NCBI RefSeq assembly: GCF_008831285.2
Contig: NC_045138.2
Coordinates: 12,462,001 to 12,526,000, forward strand
Direction: 5' to 3'
Origin: Nymphaea colorata
Lineage: Eukaryota
Length of the DNA: 64,000 bases
The position numbers and the translations under genes are program-made. Under the pieces are notes generated by a model. It searched no databases. It was not told the origin of the DNA and saw nothing but the letters and a program-made list of their open reading frames with translations. Every line of letters begins with the position of its first letter. The first letter of the stretch is position 1. This document shows, one piece after another, positions 1 through 12,488 of the stretch.

Positions 1-114
1 GACATATAACAGTAGAATAGGAAAAGCAAAGCTAAAATTTTCGGCCCCAGTCACGGATATGACTAGCATATGATCATTTCTTTTAGAAGGAAAAAATTGA
101 GGATAAAACCTTAC

Positions 115-332
115 CATGATATCATGGCCTCTGTTTTTTATGGTTCCTTTTGCGGGCATGTAGGTCCTCCTGAGTCTGCCCAAGTGAGGCAACACCACGA
201 CCCTCTCATTCAACAGATCAATGGGCGACTGCATGCGCCCACGGCTGCAATTGCTCCACTCCTTGTGAAGCTCTCCCCAGTGTTCCGGACCCTTCACGCT
301 CCCTTTCTGATAATCAAATTCCTTTTCATCCT
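115..332 (-). CDS. Alpha carbonic anhydrase, exon 2 (gene continues beyond left edge)
   Basis: Minus-strand translation (E)DEKEFDYQKGSVKGPEHWGELHKEWSNCSRGRMQSPIDLLNERVVVLPHLGRLRRTYMPAKGTIKNRGHDIM carries the alpha-CA motifs GPEHWG, QSPID and NRGHD. Bounded by a ttgcag acceptor and a gtaagg donor. Its 218 nt keeps phase with exon 1. Confidence 0.95.
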
Positions 333-370
333 CTGCAAGAACATTGATTAGTCAGAAACAGGTCCATTAA

Positions 371-401
<31 letters not shown>

Positions 402-794
402 GGCATCGATGATGGATGTTAGTATTTGGGTTGAAATCTTGGTGCAGAAATCTAGACGTCTTTTCTTGCTTATGTACCAAGACTTCCTTCTCCACTTTGA
501 TTTATGCATTTCATGTCAAACTGATCTAGAACTCCTTTTTAACACAGAGTCGGAGTTTTCTAGAACAGCAAGCAGAGGATACATGCTCAGGAGAGATTCA
601 AACTCATGGCATGTATCCTTGCAACTGGGTGACACGTTCAAATGCGATTGCTGTCAGATGATGAGGTGTACTACTGTAAAAGATGAGCAGTATTTCTGGA
701 GGAGCCCCAAAGGATTGGAGACAGACAGCAACCATTTTAAACATAAAAGCAGAAAGCAAGAAATTAATGAGGAAACCAATGAAGCTCGTATTAC

Positions 795-882
795 CAACTT
801 CCTGAGAGGCAACTAAAAGAGGATAGGCAGCAAGGAAAGCTAAGGCATGAAGAACAAATAGAACGCTGAGGAAGGAAGCCAT
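795..882 (-). CDS. Alpha carbonic anhydrase, exon 1 (signal peptide)
   Basis: MASFLSVLFVLHALAFLAAYPLLVASQEV+G, then a gtaata donor. Hydrophobic leader. Its 88 nt joins exon 2 in phase to give the SQEVEDEKEF motif typical of plant alpha-CAs. Confidence 0.92.
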
Positions 883-960
883 CTTCTCTTTCTACAACTC
901 CAAGATGCAAGCTCCCTTTCTTGAGAACGAGTCGTTTAGTGGAGGGATGTCATTCGGCCT

Positions 961-970
961 CATATATAGA
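961..970 (-). promoter_or_regulatory. Candidate TATA box of the alpha-CA gene
   Basis: Minus strand reads TCTATATATG about 80 bp upstream of the ATG at 882. Confidence 0.55.
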
Positions 971-2562
971 GAAATACAGGAATCAACACGAGCGACGATC
1001 GTTTGACGTCGTCAAACATGTAGGACGATGGTAGGTCGTAATTTAATATGAAAAGATAAGATCTGGCCAAGGAAGGGGTCCCGAACTTAAGTGATCTTCC
1101 CTAATAAAAACCAGAAAATACAAATAAAATAACTATAAATTATTTGTGGCGTTCTCCTCACTTTATGCACATTGGCCACTTCATTTTTCAATACTGTGTC
1201 CATCATTATTGGCGCTGAATGGGTTTTCTGATCTGCATATATATGGGTTCGTATCAACATATGCATCTCTTTTTCCTTGTAAAAGTGATTTTGATTTCTT
1301 CATATTTCAAATTTACGAATCTAATGTAGATTTGGCATGCTTAGTGCAACGAAAGATTTATTGTGGTGGACCCATGGGTCATCAGAGTAGCTCTGGTTAA
1401 GGGGCACTCTAAATTTAAATTTCAAAATTTAAAGAGCATTCACATGTAAAAAAACTGAAAATTAATGAAGTTTTTATATATAAAGTAAAATTAACTGCGT
1501 GCTGCTGGTGTGGGCAATTGCCTACACCAGCTACAAAGTAACTCCGCCACTAGTTCATCAAACTAAGGACCTTAAGTAGTATGTCAAACACATACTTGGA
1601 ATCCTTATTTAGCCTTTTTTTTATTAAGAAAATGACTCGTTTAACAGCGGAGGGACAGTTTTTGATCTAAAAATACATGGTTTTCAAAATCTGAGGATTT
1701 ATATGATAAGTAATCAAACAGCTTTTAAAGGTAATTTATATTGCCACAATATAAAGATAAAAAATATCTTATTTTTCAATATGGTACAACCCAATAATCA
1801 ATATCATCACGACCGGTTAATACAGCCTATTAATCAGTGCCCATAAAATCTAAAAAAGGATTTGGCTAGCAAAGCTGCTGGTTCAGTAAATCAAACTGAG
1901 AGTTGAATCGATTGCGAATGAACAACAACTCTTATTGTACGTAATTCTAAAAAAAAAATAAAAAATTATTTTGGGAAGTAAAAAGTTGTAAGTTTTTAAC
2001 TAATAAAAAAGTATGACATGCGGTTCATCTTTATGTCAATTGATGAATGCGGCCGATTCAAATGGAATAGACCAACTCCCGGCAGTCAAGATGGACACCA
2101 ATGCTCAAATGTGTGAACAAGTACGAAGAAAACGTGGAGTTTATGGTCTGTGTACAATTCTTTTTTCAATGGCAGTCACGAATATAACGTCAGCAAATTA
2201 TTGTCAAATATCAAGACGTTTATTTCAATGGTACTTGAAACTGCAATAATATTTCCTAAAGATGGCCGATTTTAATTATCTTTTATTTTCATGACTGATC
2301 AACTTATTTTTTCAATGGTGCATGATGCAGCTACATTACTGTATCGCCAATCTCAAGCATGCACAATGATTTTGCCAAACAACAAGGCTATTCGACTGCT
2401 TCTGTGTGCACATATATAAAGGAATTGAAATCATTCGACTATCTCCGTCGTCAGACTGTTATTTTCTTATTTTGTGCCAATTTAAAAGCCTTGCAAAGGT
2501 TATATTTGTGGCATCCAATTGCTCAGCTATGTTTAGCAATGGACCACATAGTTTTCAACGAC

Positions 2563-2595
<33 letters not shown>

Positions 2596-2597
<2 letters not shown>

Positions 2598-2900
2598 TCC
2601 ATAAGATCAGAGTTGGTTGGCCAAATTTGACGAAATGGTATCTTATCAATGTTGAGATTTTATGAGCTCTCTAGATTTTGATTTTTCAAACACTGCGACT
2701 AAAGGTATACTCAAACGTCACAAAAATTTTGAAAGTTCGTCTGAAATTTCTACGGAATTATTCAGACAACTTTCATGACATGGTCTACCGATGGGTTAAT
2801 TTTATTACTCCAAAGGAAAAGTCTCACTAACAATTTGAAAATTTTGCCAATTAATTTATGTGCGCCAACGTTCGCATTGCACCTAACTCCGATCGACTAC
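2596..2900. mobile_element. Small TIR element (MITE-like) next to a (TA)n tract
   Basis: Left GATCAGAGTTGGTTG (2605) resembles the reverse complement of the right end, GATCGGAGTTAGGTG (2880-2894). Starts directly after (TA)n at 2567-2595 and ends in TA-rich sequence. Confidence 0.45.
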
Positions 2901-3220
2901 AAATATATGATTATATATGCACCATTATGCCTATAATGTCAACATAAATTGTCGGGAAGAAGAAAATTTCAATTTGAACGCGTTTAATCATGGTAGTGCT
3001 CCGATCTAGTCTACCTAAAGGAAGCTTGGCTCCTAAATGGGAAGCTTCCTTGCTCACTAACAACTGCAACCAATCGGACCACTGCATTGGCTTGCATTCG
3101 CTAGCACCTACCAACTTTTAGAATTCCTCCTCATTGTCCACCTTCTAGAATTCCTCCTAATTGTCTGAAGTTTAACTTCGTATCGCCTTTTCATAATTCT
3201 ACACACTGCAATCTGGTTGG

Positions 3221-3256
<36 letters not shown>

Positions 3257-4791
3257 ATGTTCTTCTTCGGTTCGGTGTGGACAGAGAGTAAATATGATAA
3301 CTCATTAATGTCCATTAAAAGGGAATCAGGCATGGCAATCGAGTACCCCTGGCCTATCATGGATTGATGGGCCAAGCCTGGGCTGACTATTCAAACAAGG
3401 CTTATATATATATATATATCATCTTCTTCTTCGGTATGATGCTGGTAGCTGCAGGTCTCTTAAAAACTGTCAAGTTGTTGTAGGTTTTCGAGATGTTAGA
3501 AAAGAAAATTTTCACGCTTTATAAGGGTAGACATCAAGCTGGGTGGCCAACTGCCATGAATTTGATGGTAAGCAGCTTGTGCTTCCATTATTAGCTTCAG
3601 AGCTACCCCAACCCAACTTTTATGGAGCGAGGAGCAGGGCCAGCCTGCCCTAACTACACCTATGCATACCAATCCGTTGTCAGCCCAGCCGGCAACAAAC
3701 TCACAGCTGCCACGTTGAGAGTTGAAAACTTAAATATTGGATTCTGATCCCCACTTCTGGCCCGAACGTCCAGCAGCCGTTTACGCTTTCCGGCTGGACG
3801 CCGGTTGCCTTTTCATAATTCTACACACTGCAATCTGGTTGGAATGTCATCCAGCCAAAATATTTTAAAGTTCTACTAGCAAGTGGCAACATGTCCGCGT
3901 GTCCTGGTGGTTGGACAAAATGCCGGCATTCATGTAGCCATTGACAGACTCACAGCCGCTAAGGGGCCAACCATAATTGGTCGGGTGGTCAGACGAGTTA
4001 AAGTCTGGATGGTTTAATTATTTGGGCATTAGCTTTTTGGACTGTTACTGGTGGTGGTAAGCCCAATTTTCTAACCGTATGTGTGCCCAGCAGCACTGAC
4101 TGAACCCTTGGAACAGCGTAGGGAAGAAAGGGTGACTTTGTCTCTGGTGAACCGACACCTCCACTATTCAACGGATCAAATGGTGACACAGAAGGTAGTG
4201 CACGCATAATAGGGACATGTCTATCTAGACACTGCATGCCTTGGCGTCTGAAATGCTAGCGACCTTGTTTTCCATTTGGTCAAGGAACACCGTACATGAC
4301 CCGGCCGGTTTACGTGCTCAGTTTTTTGGACGCCCAAAAATTGGGCCTTGTTGACCGGTTTGAAATTGACTGATATTAATTGGCAATTTCACATTTATAG
4401 GCCAACTTAATCGTGGCCTCAAAGCCAAGTCCATGAGAGAGAAAGAGAAGGGGGAAGAGGACAAGAAGGGGTCCATAACCTCATAACGACAATTCCATAC
4501 AGCAGCCAGAAGAGTGACGATCAGGCTACCCAAATGGCTAGCTTTTTCGATGTCAGCATCCCTGTTGCACCTCCTTTCTCAAATTAATTTGACTAAATAA
4601 ACTTGGGAACGGAACACGTCGAATGAGCCTGGAAGCTTGTATACTTATCCAACTCTTGACTTTAAGATATTGGACGATCCTGCTGAGTGAAACAGAATAC
4701 ATGTATAATATTAGAAGCTGCCTCATTTTAGAACCCTAATTGTTTGTTTTGGGGGCATTTGGGTGTACTCTTAGAAAATAAAAAACCTTTA

Positions 4792-5200
4792 GGGGTGTTT
4801 GATGATTGTAGAGTTTTAGAATTAAAATTTCATTTTTGATGAAACAGAACTGTGTTATCAAACAAAAAATTTGATTGTGGAATTATAGGATCATTCTTGA
4901 ATCAAAATTCTGAAATTGTGTTTTTCTACCTCTATGAGGTGGAATTATGATTCTAGAATTTTAAAATTTTTTCACCTCTCTTTGAAGCACATGTCATAAT
5001 GAATTAAGTCATTAATTCTAAAATTTTTAATTCATGTTTTATCAAACATAACATTTTTAATTTTGGAATTGAAACTCCAGACTATCAAATGCAAAGGGAA
5101 ACTAGAATTGGAATTTCCACTCCAATTTTAGTCTGAAGTGGAATTTGGTTTCTCAAATTTTAATTGTAGAATAAAAATTCAAGGCTCCTCAAATGCATCC
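4792..5200. mobile_element. Tourist/PIF-Harbinger-type MITE
   Basis: Starts GGGGTGTTTGA and ends TCAAATGCATCC (imperfect TIR). TTA on both sides (4789-4791, 5201-5203). AT-rich interior with repeated GGAATT/AATTCC motifs. Confidence 0.6.
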
Positions 5201-5304
5201 TTAATGCGTTTTGAAAACCTAATTTTCATGTTTAAATGATAAGGTAAAGACCAGGTTTTTATTTAAAAAAAAATGCAGTTGAACATTTAGCAAGTATGTT
5301 ACAG

Positions 5305-5437
<133 letters not shown>

Positions 5438-5889
5438 ATTCTTGTCCTTGTATAATTCTCATGTATATGAATGCGAGTCTATATATTTAGTTTTCCTTCA
5501 TAACAATCCTCTCATTTACTGTCAATATCTTCTCTAGCCTTTCTTAGACTAGGAAATAGACCCTAGAAGCTAAAAGAGGGTGTCCTCAGCTGTTGCAATA
5601 ATTGGGTTCATTGATATTCCTGGTATAGTAGATGCTAATACATACACAATCATACTCAATTTGATGGAATTGTTTGAACTTAAAGGAGATCATCTATAAT
5701 TTTGCAAATGAGGGGTTATTTCTTTGTTTCATCCATTCATTAATAACTTGATTATTTTTAGATAATAGTAGATAGAAACAATGCTTGTAAGGAGTCCTAT
5801 TGAAGCGAAGAAATACAGGCATGTCAGCCATCCACACCAGAATAGATCGAGTTTTTCAAGAAAACCTACTAATAGAGGAATACCCCTTA

Positions 5890-8800
5890 GGGCCCGTTTG
5901 ATTGTCGGGTGAAGTTTAACATGGTAAATTTACCATGGTAAATTTTTCTAAAAAAATTTACAGGATGAAATTTCTCCTTCTTCCAATCTGAGGCCCTGTT
6001 TGATGCACAGGAAGAATTTAACCATGTTTGATGCATAGAAAGAATTTAACGTAGTAAATTTAACCATGTTTGATGCACAGGAAGAATTTAACGTGGTAAA
6101 TGTTGTTTTTTTTTCCTTCTTGTCCCCAATGATTTTACTGCATGTAAAGATTTATGTACAGGAGCACCCGACTGTGGTTTGACTGCAGAAGGAAGGGCGG
6201 GCTGATTTTGTACAGTTGATTGTATTTTTAATTGTCAATTTGTCATAGTTGGAGAACAAATGGGAATTGCGTTTTATTTAACCTAAAATCACAAAATTTT
6301 CATAATAGTGTCGCCAAGACACTGAAAAGAACCTTCTTTTCTGGATATGTCAGCAAATTTCAAAATAAACGGACATGAAAATGCAAGGAAATGAATTCCA
6401 CGGTGTGATTTCCAATTAGATGAATTTAAAAGATTGGAGATCTTCTGGACATAGGTTTACAATGTTGATAACTAATGAAGTGGGAGATCACGAAAATGAA
6501 AATCATTGGAAACATCCTGAGATGTGAATATGCCTTGTACATCATTGGAAACATGCTCTGCTTATCTTTCATACATTTTCCAAGATTTTGAGGATCTTTA
6601 GGACTTCCATCTTCTCCGACAACTGTAAGACAGTTGAGTGCATTACTCAGATAGAAAGCCTCTTCTAGTCTCAACTGAAACCACTGCCTGCCTTTTGTAA
6701 CTGTTGCCACTGAACGGCCAAAGCATGCCGCTCGGTTTAGCAGTTCTGCCTGTTCTGGTTCGGCTTCACAAAGAACAACTTCATTGCTCAGTGATGCACA
6801 ACTTTTGGATTCTGCAAGCAGCTTTGCAACTTTGAAACAATTTTGGACATGGGATCAACAAGGGCAAGTTGTGCCGAACCTTTTCCTTTTCATCTTGGTC
6901 TCATGGTCAACAACCTGCACTTACCCCAAATTCACATTGTAACAAGCCACAAACTAGTTTCATGAAGTATCTTAATAGATATGGAATAAATCTCAACACG
7001 CAAAAGCGAGCTAGGCTACTAAATGTCCCACTAAAGAGAAAGAACAAAGACGAGAGGAAGGAACAAAAATTTGGATTACCAAAGAAAAATAGAAGCAATA
7101 CAAAAAGACTATGGCTATTCTTCTACTTTACTAATTTGCAGTACAGTCATCGTAGTTCTGTCTCTACAAAGTCATCACGTCAAATTCTTTATCTTTGTAC
7201 AACACACTATTAAGTGAAGGAAACCGGCTATCTTAGATAAACAAAAGCGGTTTATTTTGCATTCTTCATCATCCAATCGTTTGCTTTCAACCAAACCAAA
7301 TAGTGAATGTACTGCAGCAAAATGGTTAAGGGAAACAGTAACAAGAAGCAAAATGGTTAAGGGAAACAGTAACAAGAAGCAAATAGTGAACACTTCAAAT
7401 AGGAAGAAAGATTGTATGATCAAGAAACGTCCATGGAAGTGAATGGCAAGGGAAAGAAAAATATCTAGGAAGTCGAAGCAAGCAAGAAAACAACCGAAAA
7501 CCAATAAAGAAACTGATCCGCCGCTGGGATATAAAATAATGATCAACAAATGATACTAAAAGGGACTAAAATATGCATTTAAACAGAAATGAAACACAGA
7601 TAGGAGTAGGCTGGTCCTGGATGACTGAACATCGGATTTTTTATGCATTGACCCTAAATCCAGCTTCTGCAATTGTACAAAATAAACACTAACTATGGTA
7701 TGAACTCAAATGAATAGGATAATTTAGGCAAACAAACTACAAGCAAATTAACTCACATAAATGATTATAGGAGAAGGACCCTGAACCTTAATTCTCTAAA
7801 CTATAAGCCAAGGAAGGACAATCAAAAGAACTCATTTTACCATAACAAAAATCAAGTTTTATGTACAATCTGAACACTGCAACATACAAGCATTTTAACG
7901 ATTCCCAACATATAAAACCCAGTCCCTCTTTTAATCCTTGTAAATGATTAACATCCAATTCTTTTCTCCTGCTAGAAGAAGTGGCTAAAACAAAGGGTCG
8001 AAAATGCATGTGATCTCTCTGTCTTTCTCTTATATGCAGATTCTGCAGGTTCGTAAGACAGAGTTCTCGTCATTTTCTCTGACTCTTATATTTCCATTAA
8101 GCAATTTGCCTATGCTGAAATATTTTTTCCAGGAATTGTACTGTGTCAGTCTACCTATATGTTCAGATTCTGTGCATTCACCTGCTATGAGCCACAGTCA
8201 GTGCTTATCAATGAAACATTGTAACATTTAGCAGGAAAGCAACCTAAGAACTGTATAGCCATCCATTCATTTAGCAGGAAAGCAACCTAAAAACTACGCC
8301 TGGTTGCTAATCCAATACAGCCAAAGCAAGAAACAACAAACAGGATGACTCCAATGACAATAAATGAACAATGACGGAATACGTAATCCCAAATACTCAA
8401 AGAAAATGAAAACGCAATTCCCCACATCCAAAGCAGAGAAAAATCTTACAAGTGGTAGAACAAGAGAGACAGGGAGACAACGAGAGCAAGAGAGAAAGGG
8501 AGACAACGAGGAGCAAGAGAGAAAGGGAGACAATGAGAGCAAGAGATAGATAGAGAAAAAAAAATTGGCCGTTTCTGAAAGGGACACAGCAACAGCAAGA
8601 GAGAAACCTTACTTGAGCGGCGACTATGGCGTTGGCGAACCGGCGGAGGAGCAGAGCGACGACAGCGGAGCGGTACGGTGAGAGCGGTGATGGCGGACCG
8701 GTGATGGTGAGAGTGGCAACAGTCTCGAATGTGAGGGAGGAGGAGTTGTCATCTGCGGAGGGAGGAGGAGATGGGTGAAGGGAAATTGCGTGAGAGGTCA

Positions 8801-8971
8801 AGCGGGTGAAATTTCACCCGCTCAAAAGTCCGACCTCACCCGCTCTTTTTGTCGACAAATGGGTGAAATTTCACCCCGTTTGATTCCTCATGAGACGGGC
8901 GGGTGAAATTTCACCCGCCCGTACAGATTTCACCCGGTTTTCAGCTTTTACCCGGGCAATCAAACAGGCCC
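5890..8971. mobile_element. Non-autonomous PIF/Harbinger-type element (3082 bp) with a captured gene fragment
   Basis: TIRs GGGCCCGTTTGATTG and CAATCAAACAGGCCC. TTA target-site duplication at 5887-5889 and 8972-8974. Removing it restores continuous ndhB sequence. No transposase ORF recognised. Confidence 0.93.
6516..6904 (-). pseudogene. SEN2: Captured 5' fragment of tRNA-splicing endonuclease subunit Sen2
   Basis: Translation MRPR*KGKGSAQLALVDPMSKIVSKLQS / AESKSCASLSNEVVLCEAEPEQAELLNRAACFGRSVATVTKGRQWFQLRLEEAFYL...MFPMMYKAYSHLR matches the plant Sen2 N-terminus. TGG-to-TGA stop at codon 5, a frameshift, and truncation before the YG.DF..Y..HP..VHSEY catalytic region. Confidence 0.9.
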
Positions 8972-11163
8972 TTAGGGATAGGAGACATAGGGCTGAAGAG
9001 AGAGTCACAAAAGGATTTTTTGTGTATAATCCTGCATAATCCCAAATGTTATCAATTCCAGTATGTAGACAAAATAATACAATGCAAGCAAAAGTTCCTA
9101 GATTCATGGAGATATATAGAACAACATATAAGTTATCATGCTTGCATATCTATCATTTGAGTCTCCGACAATTATTCCAATAATTAAATATCCGATTTGA
9201 CCTATAGATGAATATGCAAGCATATGTGTCATGCTTGTTTGAGTAATACCAATAAGATTCTCTAATATCATGCTAAGAATATCTAGGATTTCCAGGAGAA
9301 GATGCCATTCATTCGATGAGAAATATAAATAAATATCGAAAATTCGAGTGGCTGAAGTTGAAGCAGCTGCTTTTAAAGTAATAGAGGAAAGCAATGGCTG
9401 TAGTGGGAGAGTCAGAGTCGAAAAGAGGATTCCTCACTTTTTTCTCTCATTCAAAACCATGCATGAGACTTTCATCTCGCACTGCTCCTAAGTGATAAAA
9501 AGCGAGAAGAACTCATCTTTTTTCCCTTTTTATCACTTTCGTCACATATGTATAAGACTGGATCCATTCGTCTAAAAAGGATTACTAATCCTTAACTGTT
9601 CGAGGAATCCTTCATTAGTGGTTGTGAAAAATTGACTTTCTCAATCTTTTCGACCTTGGTTTCATGTGAGCAAGTCAAAAAGATTGAGAAATAGAACCAT
9701 CGTTCTCAATAGCCATGAGATGATCATCTTAGGGTGATCTTTTTGTCGACATATGCTCCTAGTACACTTGTAGTCTCTAAAGGATGAGAACCAATAGTGT
9801 CTACATTGATAATTCAAGTATTATATACGTCATTATTTTGATCCTTTGTAGGAAATACCCGTAATAACGAATTTGCAAAATGGATCTGTTTACTTCATTT
9901 TAATTGTTATTTGAACAAAAAAAACACAACCAACTTTTGGTAAAAGTTATGTCTTGGTATGAGTGGGGATAACATTTCTCTTCCGCATGTCTATGGAATT
10001 TTGAAAAATTCAAACATCCCTGAGGAGAGATAGATATAGAGGAAGGAATTTGTCAAATGAACCACACTCCTTCGTATACGCCAAAAGTCCATTAATGAAA
10101 AGGAGGTGGCGAGAGCTTGAAACAATTTCTATGGTGGTGGATATAAGCGCAATTAAAATTCCTAGGGAGTTACACAATTTGTGTATTGATAAGACCATTC
10201 ACTACTTATTGAAGCTCGATGTCTCCCTTGGATGAACCATATAGTCAATTGAAACCATAAACCAGAAGAAGAGCTTGCCCTACCCATGAGTAATTATTTC
10301 GTAGCAGCCTCACTAGAGTGTACATCTCTCTTCATATATCCAAATAATAGATAGGAGCATAAACTGAAACATTCTAAAGCTACAAAGATAGTTATTAAAT
10401 CGTTAACACCACAAAAAGACATTCAACCTAAAGTAGTTGTTAATACAAATAACAAAAACTCTATTATAGCCATTTTTGTACATTTAATGTACTATGCAGA
10501 TGCATGAATACATAGAATTGAACAATGTAAAATAAGGAATTGAAAGATTTTGTTGAAACTATTCGTTCGTAAATTTCCTAAAAAGCTAATCATAGGTTCT
10601 TCTCTCCACCGGAACAATAAGGTGGTTATGCTCATCACCAAACTTGTGGAAGAAATGAAATATAACCAATGTGCATCTTTTTTATCAAAGGTTAAATAGT
10701 TCATCAGAAGAAGAATCAGCCAAAAAATTTGGATACATTCTGGGAAAGTAAAACTTCCATTGAAGAGAAGCAAATGAAACACTTTCATAAAAATGTCGTG
10801 GAATTGACAATTAAGTTTTCATTTTAGACATGCCAGATCATGATAGTAATTACATCCAATCTTCGAAAAAGTCCCAATTGTTTCGAACTTTCTATTTTTG
10901 GAATGAGATATTTATGGAATCCTCATAAAGAGGATCAAATATCTATACAAACACATAGATCTATGGATCCACACATCTCGATCGGAAAATAATCAATAGA
11001 AAATGAAAGAATCAAAATTGTTCGTTTCTCAAATCAAATGAAAAAAAAGATGAAACATAAATCATGGAGCAACTAAGCGCTCTCGGGGGCTTGCTTAAGA
11101 ATAAGAAAGAGGAATCTCATGGAAATACCATGGAATGGAATAAGGTTTGATCCTATTCATGGA

Positions 11164-11628
11164 TTAACGAAAATGTGCAAAAGCTCTATCGCCCTCTGCC
11201 ATTCTATGAGTCTCTTCCTTTTTGCGTATGGTGTCACCATTGTCCCTGGCATTATCGTCTAATTCAAAACTTAATTTGAAAGCCATATTTTGATCCAGAC
11301 GTTTTTGGGATGTCCCTAATAACCAACAAATGACAAGTGTTTTTTCTTGTGTAGATCCTATTTCAAAGGGAACTTGTGAGTCAATCCGCTTACATGTCTT
11401 GTTTTTATTGCTATATTAGGAGTTACTCCACTTATTGCATGACATAAAACATATAGTGGATTTGTTTCTATCTTTTGTTGAATTTTTTTCATGGCTCGAT
11501 AGATAATTGGATAAGCCAATGATTTTTTCCATGTTCAGAATTCAGTTAACCAACATGTTAAGAAAATAATTACGATAAATTGGATCAGATTTTGTAGTTT
11601 TTCCTTCTGCAATACCTCGGCGTGACAT
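11164..11628 (-). pseudogene. rps7: Plastid-derived rps7 pseudogene
   Basis: Starts ATGTCACGCCGAGGT and ends ...GCTTTTGCACATTTTCGTTAA (AFAHFR*). Lies between ndhB and rps12 as in the plastid inverted repeat. Confidence 0.93.
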
Positions 11629-11671
11629 GAGAGTTCAAGAATGGGTTCTATAAGGGCTAAAAACTAATCAC

Positions 11672-12488
11672 TTATTTTGTTTTTTTGAGTCCATATTGTA
11701 GGGTGGATCTCGAAAGAAGTGAAAGATCTCCCTCCAAGCCGTACATACAACTTTCATCAAATATGGCTTTCCACAAAATTCTATATGTATCTATGAGATC
11801 GAGTATGGAATTCGGTTTACTTACTTGAAATTGAGTATCAATTTCCTTCCTTTTCCTGCTAGGATTGGAAATCTTGTATTTTACATATCCATATGATTGA
11901 GTCCTGGGGTTTTTGAAATAGTACAAAAAGAAGTATTTCAAATCATCACTATTTGACTCAGGCTTGTTCTAAAAAAGTCGAGGTATTTTGAATTCTTTTT
12001 TGACATGGAGAAAGAAAAGGAAAACCTCTGAAATGATTTCAATATTGGACCTTGGACATATTAATATAATAGTTTTGAATCTCTTTAGAAAGAAGATCTT
12101 TTGATTCATGGTAGCGTGCTCTAGTACCGCTTTACAAAACTTTTGTTATTTACGAAACTTTTGGTATTGGGTTAGCCGTATATTTCAGATGTTTCTAGCA
12201 AGTCACATGGCATCATCATCAAATGATACAAGTCTTGGATGACAATCTACAACGCACAAGAATGCCCTTGTTAACAATCATTTACTATGACAGTTCTAGC
12301 ATTCCTTGAACAATGTGGTACCTCACACTGAGTAAATGCTTAACTCTTCCTCTTCTTACTAATACTACATAATGTTCTTTCAAATGATGGCCAATACTAG
12401 GTATATAAGCAGTGATTTCTAATCCAGAGGTTAATCGTACTCTGGCAACCTTACGTAAGGTAGAGTTTAGTTTTTTGGGGGTGATAGT
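11672..12488 (-). pseudogene. rps12: Plastid-derived rps12 3' exons (exon 2 about 12258-12488, exon 3 about 11672-11697) with cis intron
   Basis: Exon 2 starts ACTATCACCCCCAAAAAAC ([17 protein letters not shown]). Intron starts GTGCGTTGTAGA. Short terminal exon present. Confidence 0.9.

Larger units (their letters stand above)
5563..10841 (-). pseudogene. ndhB: Plastid-derived ndhB pseudogene: exon 1 10068-10841, group II intron 9411-10067, exon 2 5563-9410 split by a transposon at 5890-8971
   Basis: Start ATGATCTGGCATGT. ORF fragments [43 protein letters not shown] and [11 protein letters not shown]. Stop at 5563. Multiple stops and frameshifts. Confidence 0.95.

Noticed and set aside
70..816. 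Plus-strand ORFs 70-351 and 409-816
   Set aside because: They are antisense shadows of the carbonic anhydrase exon 2 and intron 1.
6426..6710. A functional SEN2 gene
   Set aside because: Stop at codon 5, a frameshift, no catalytic C-terminal half, and location inside a transposon.
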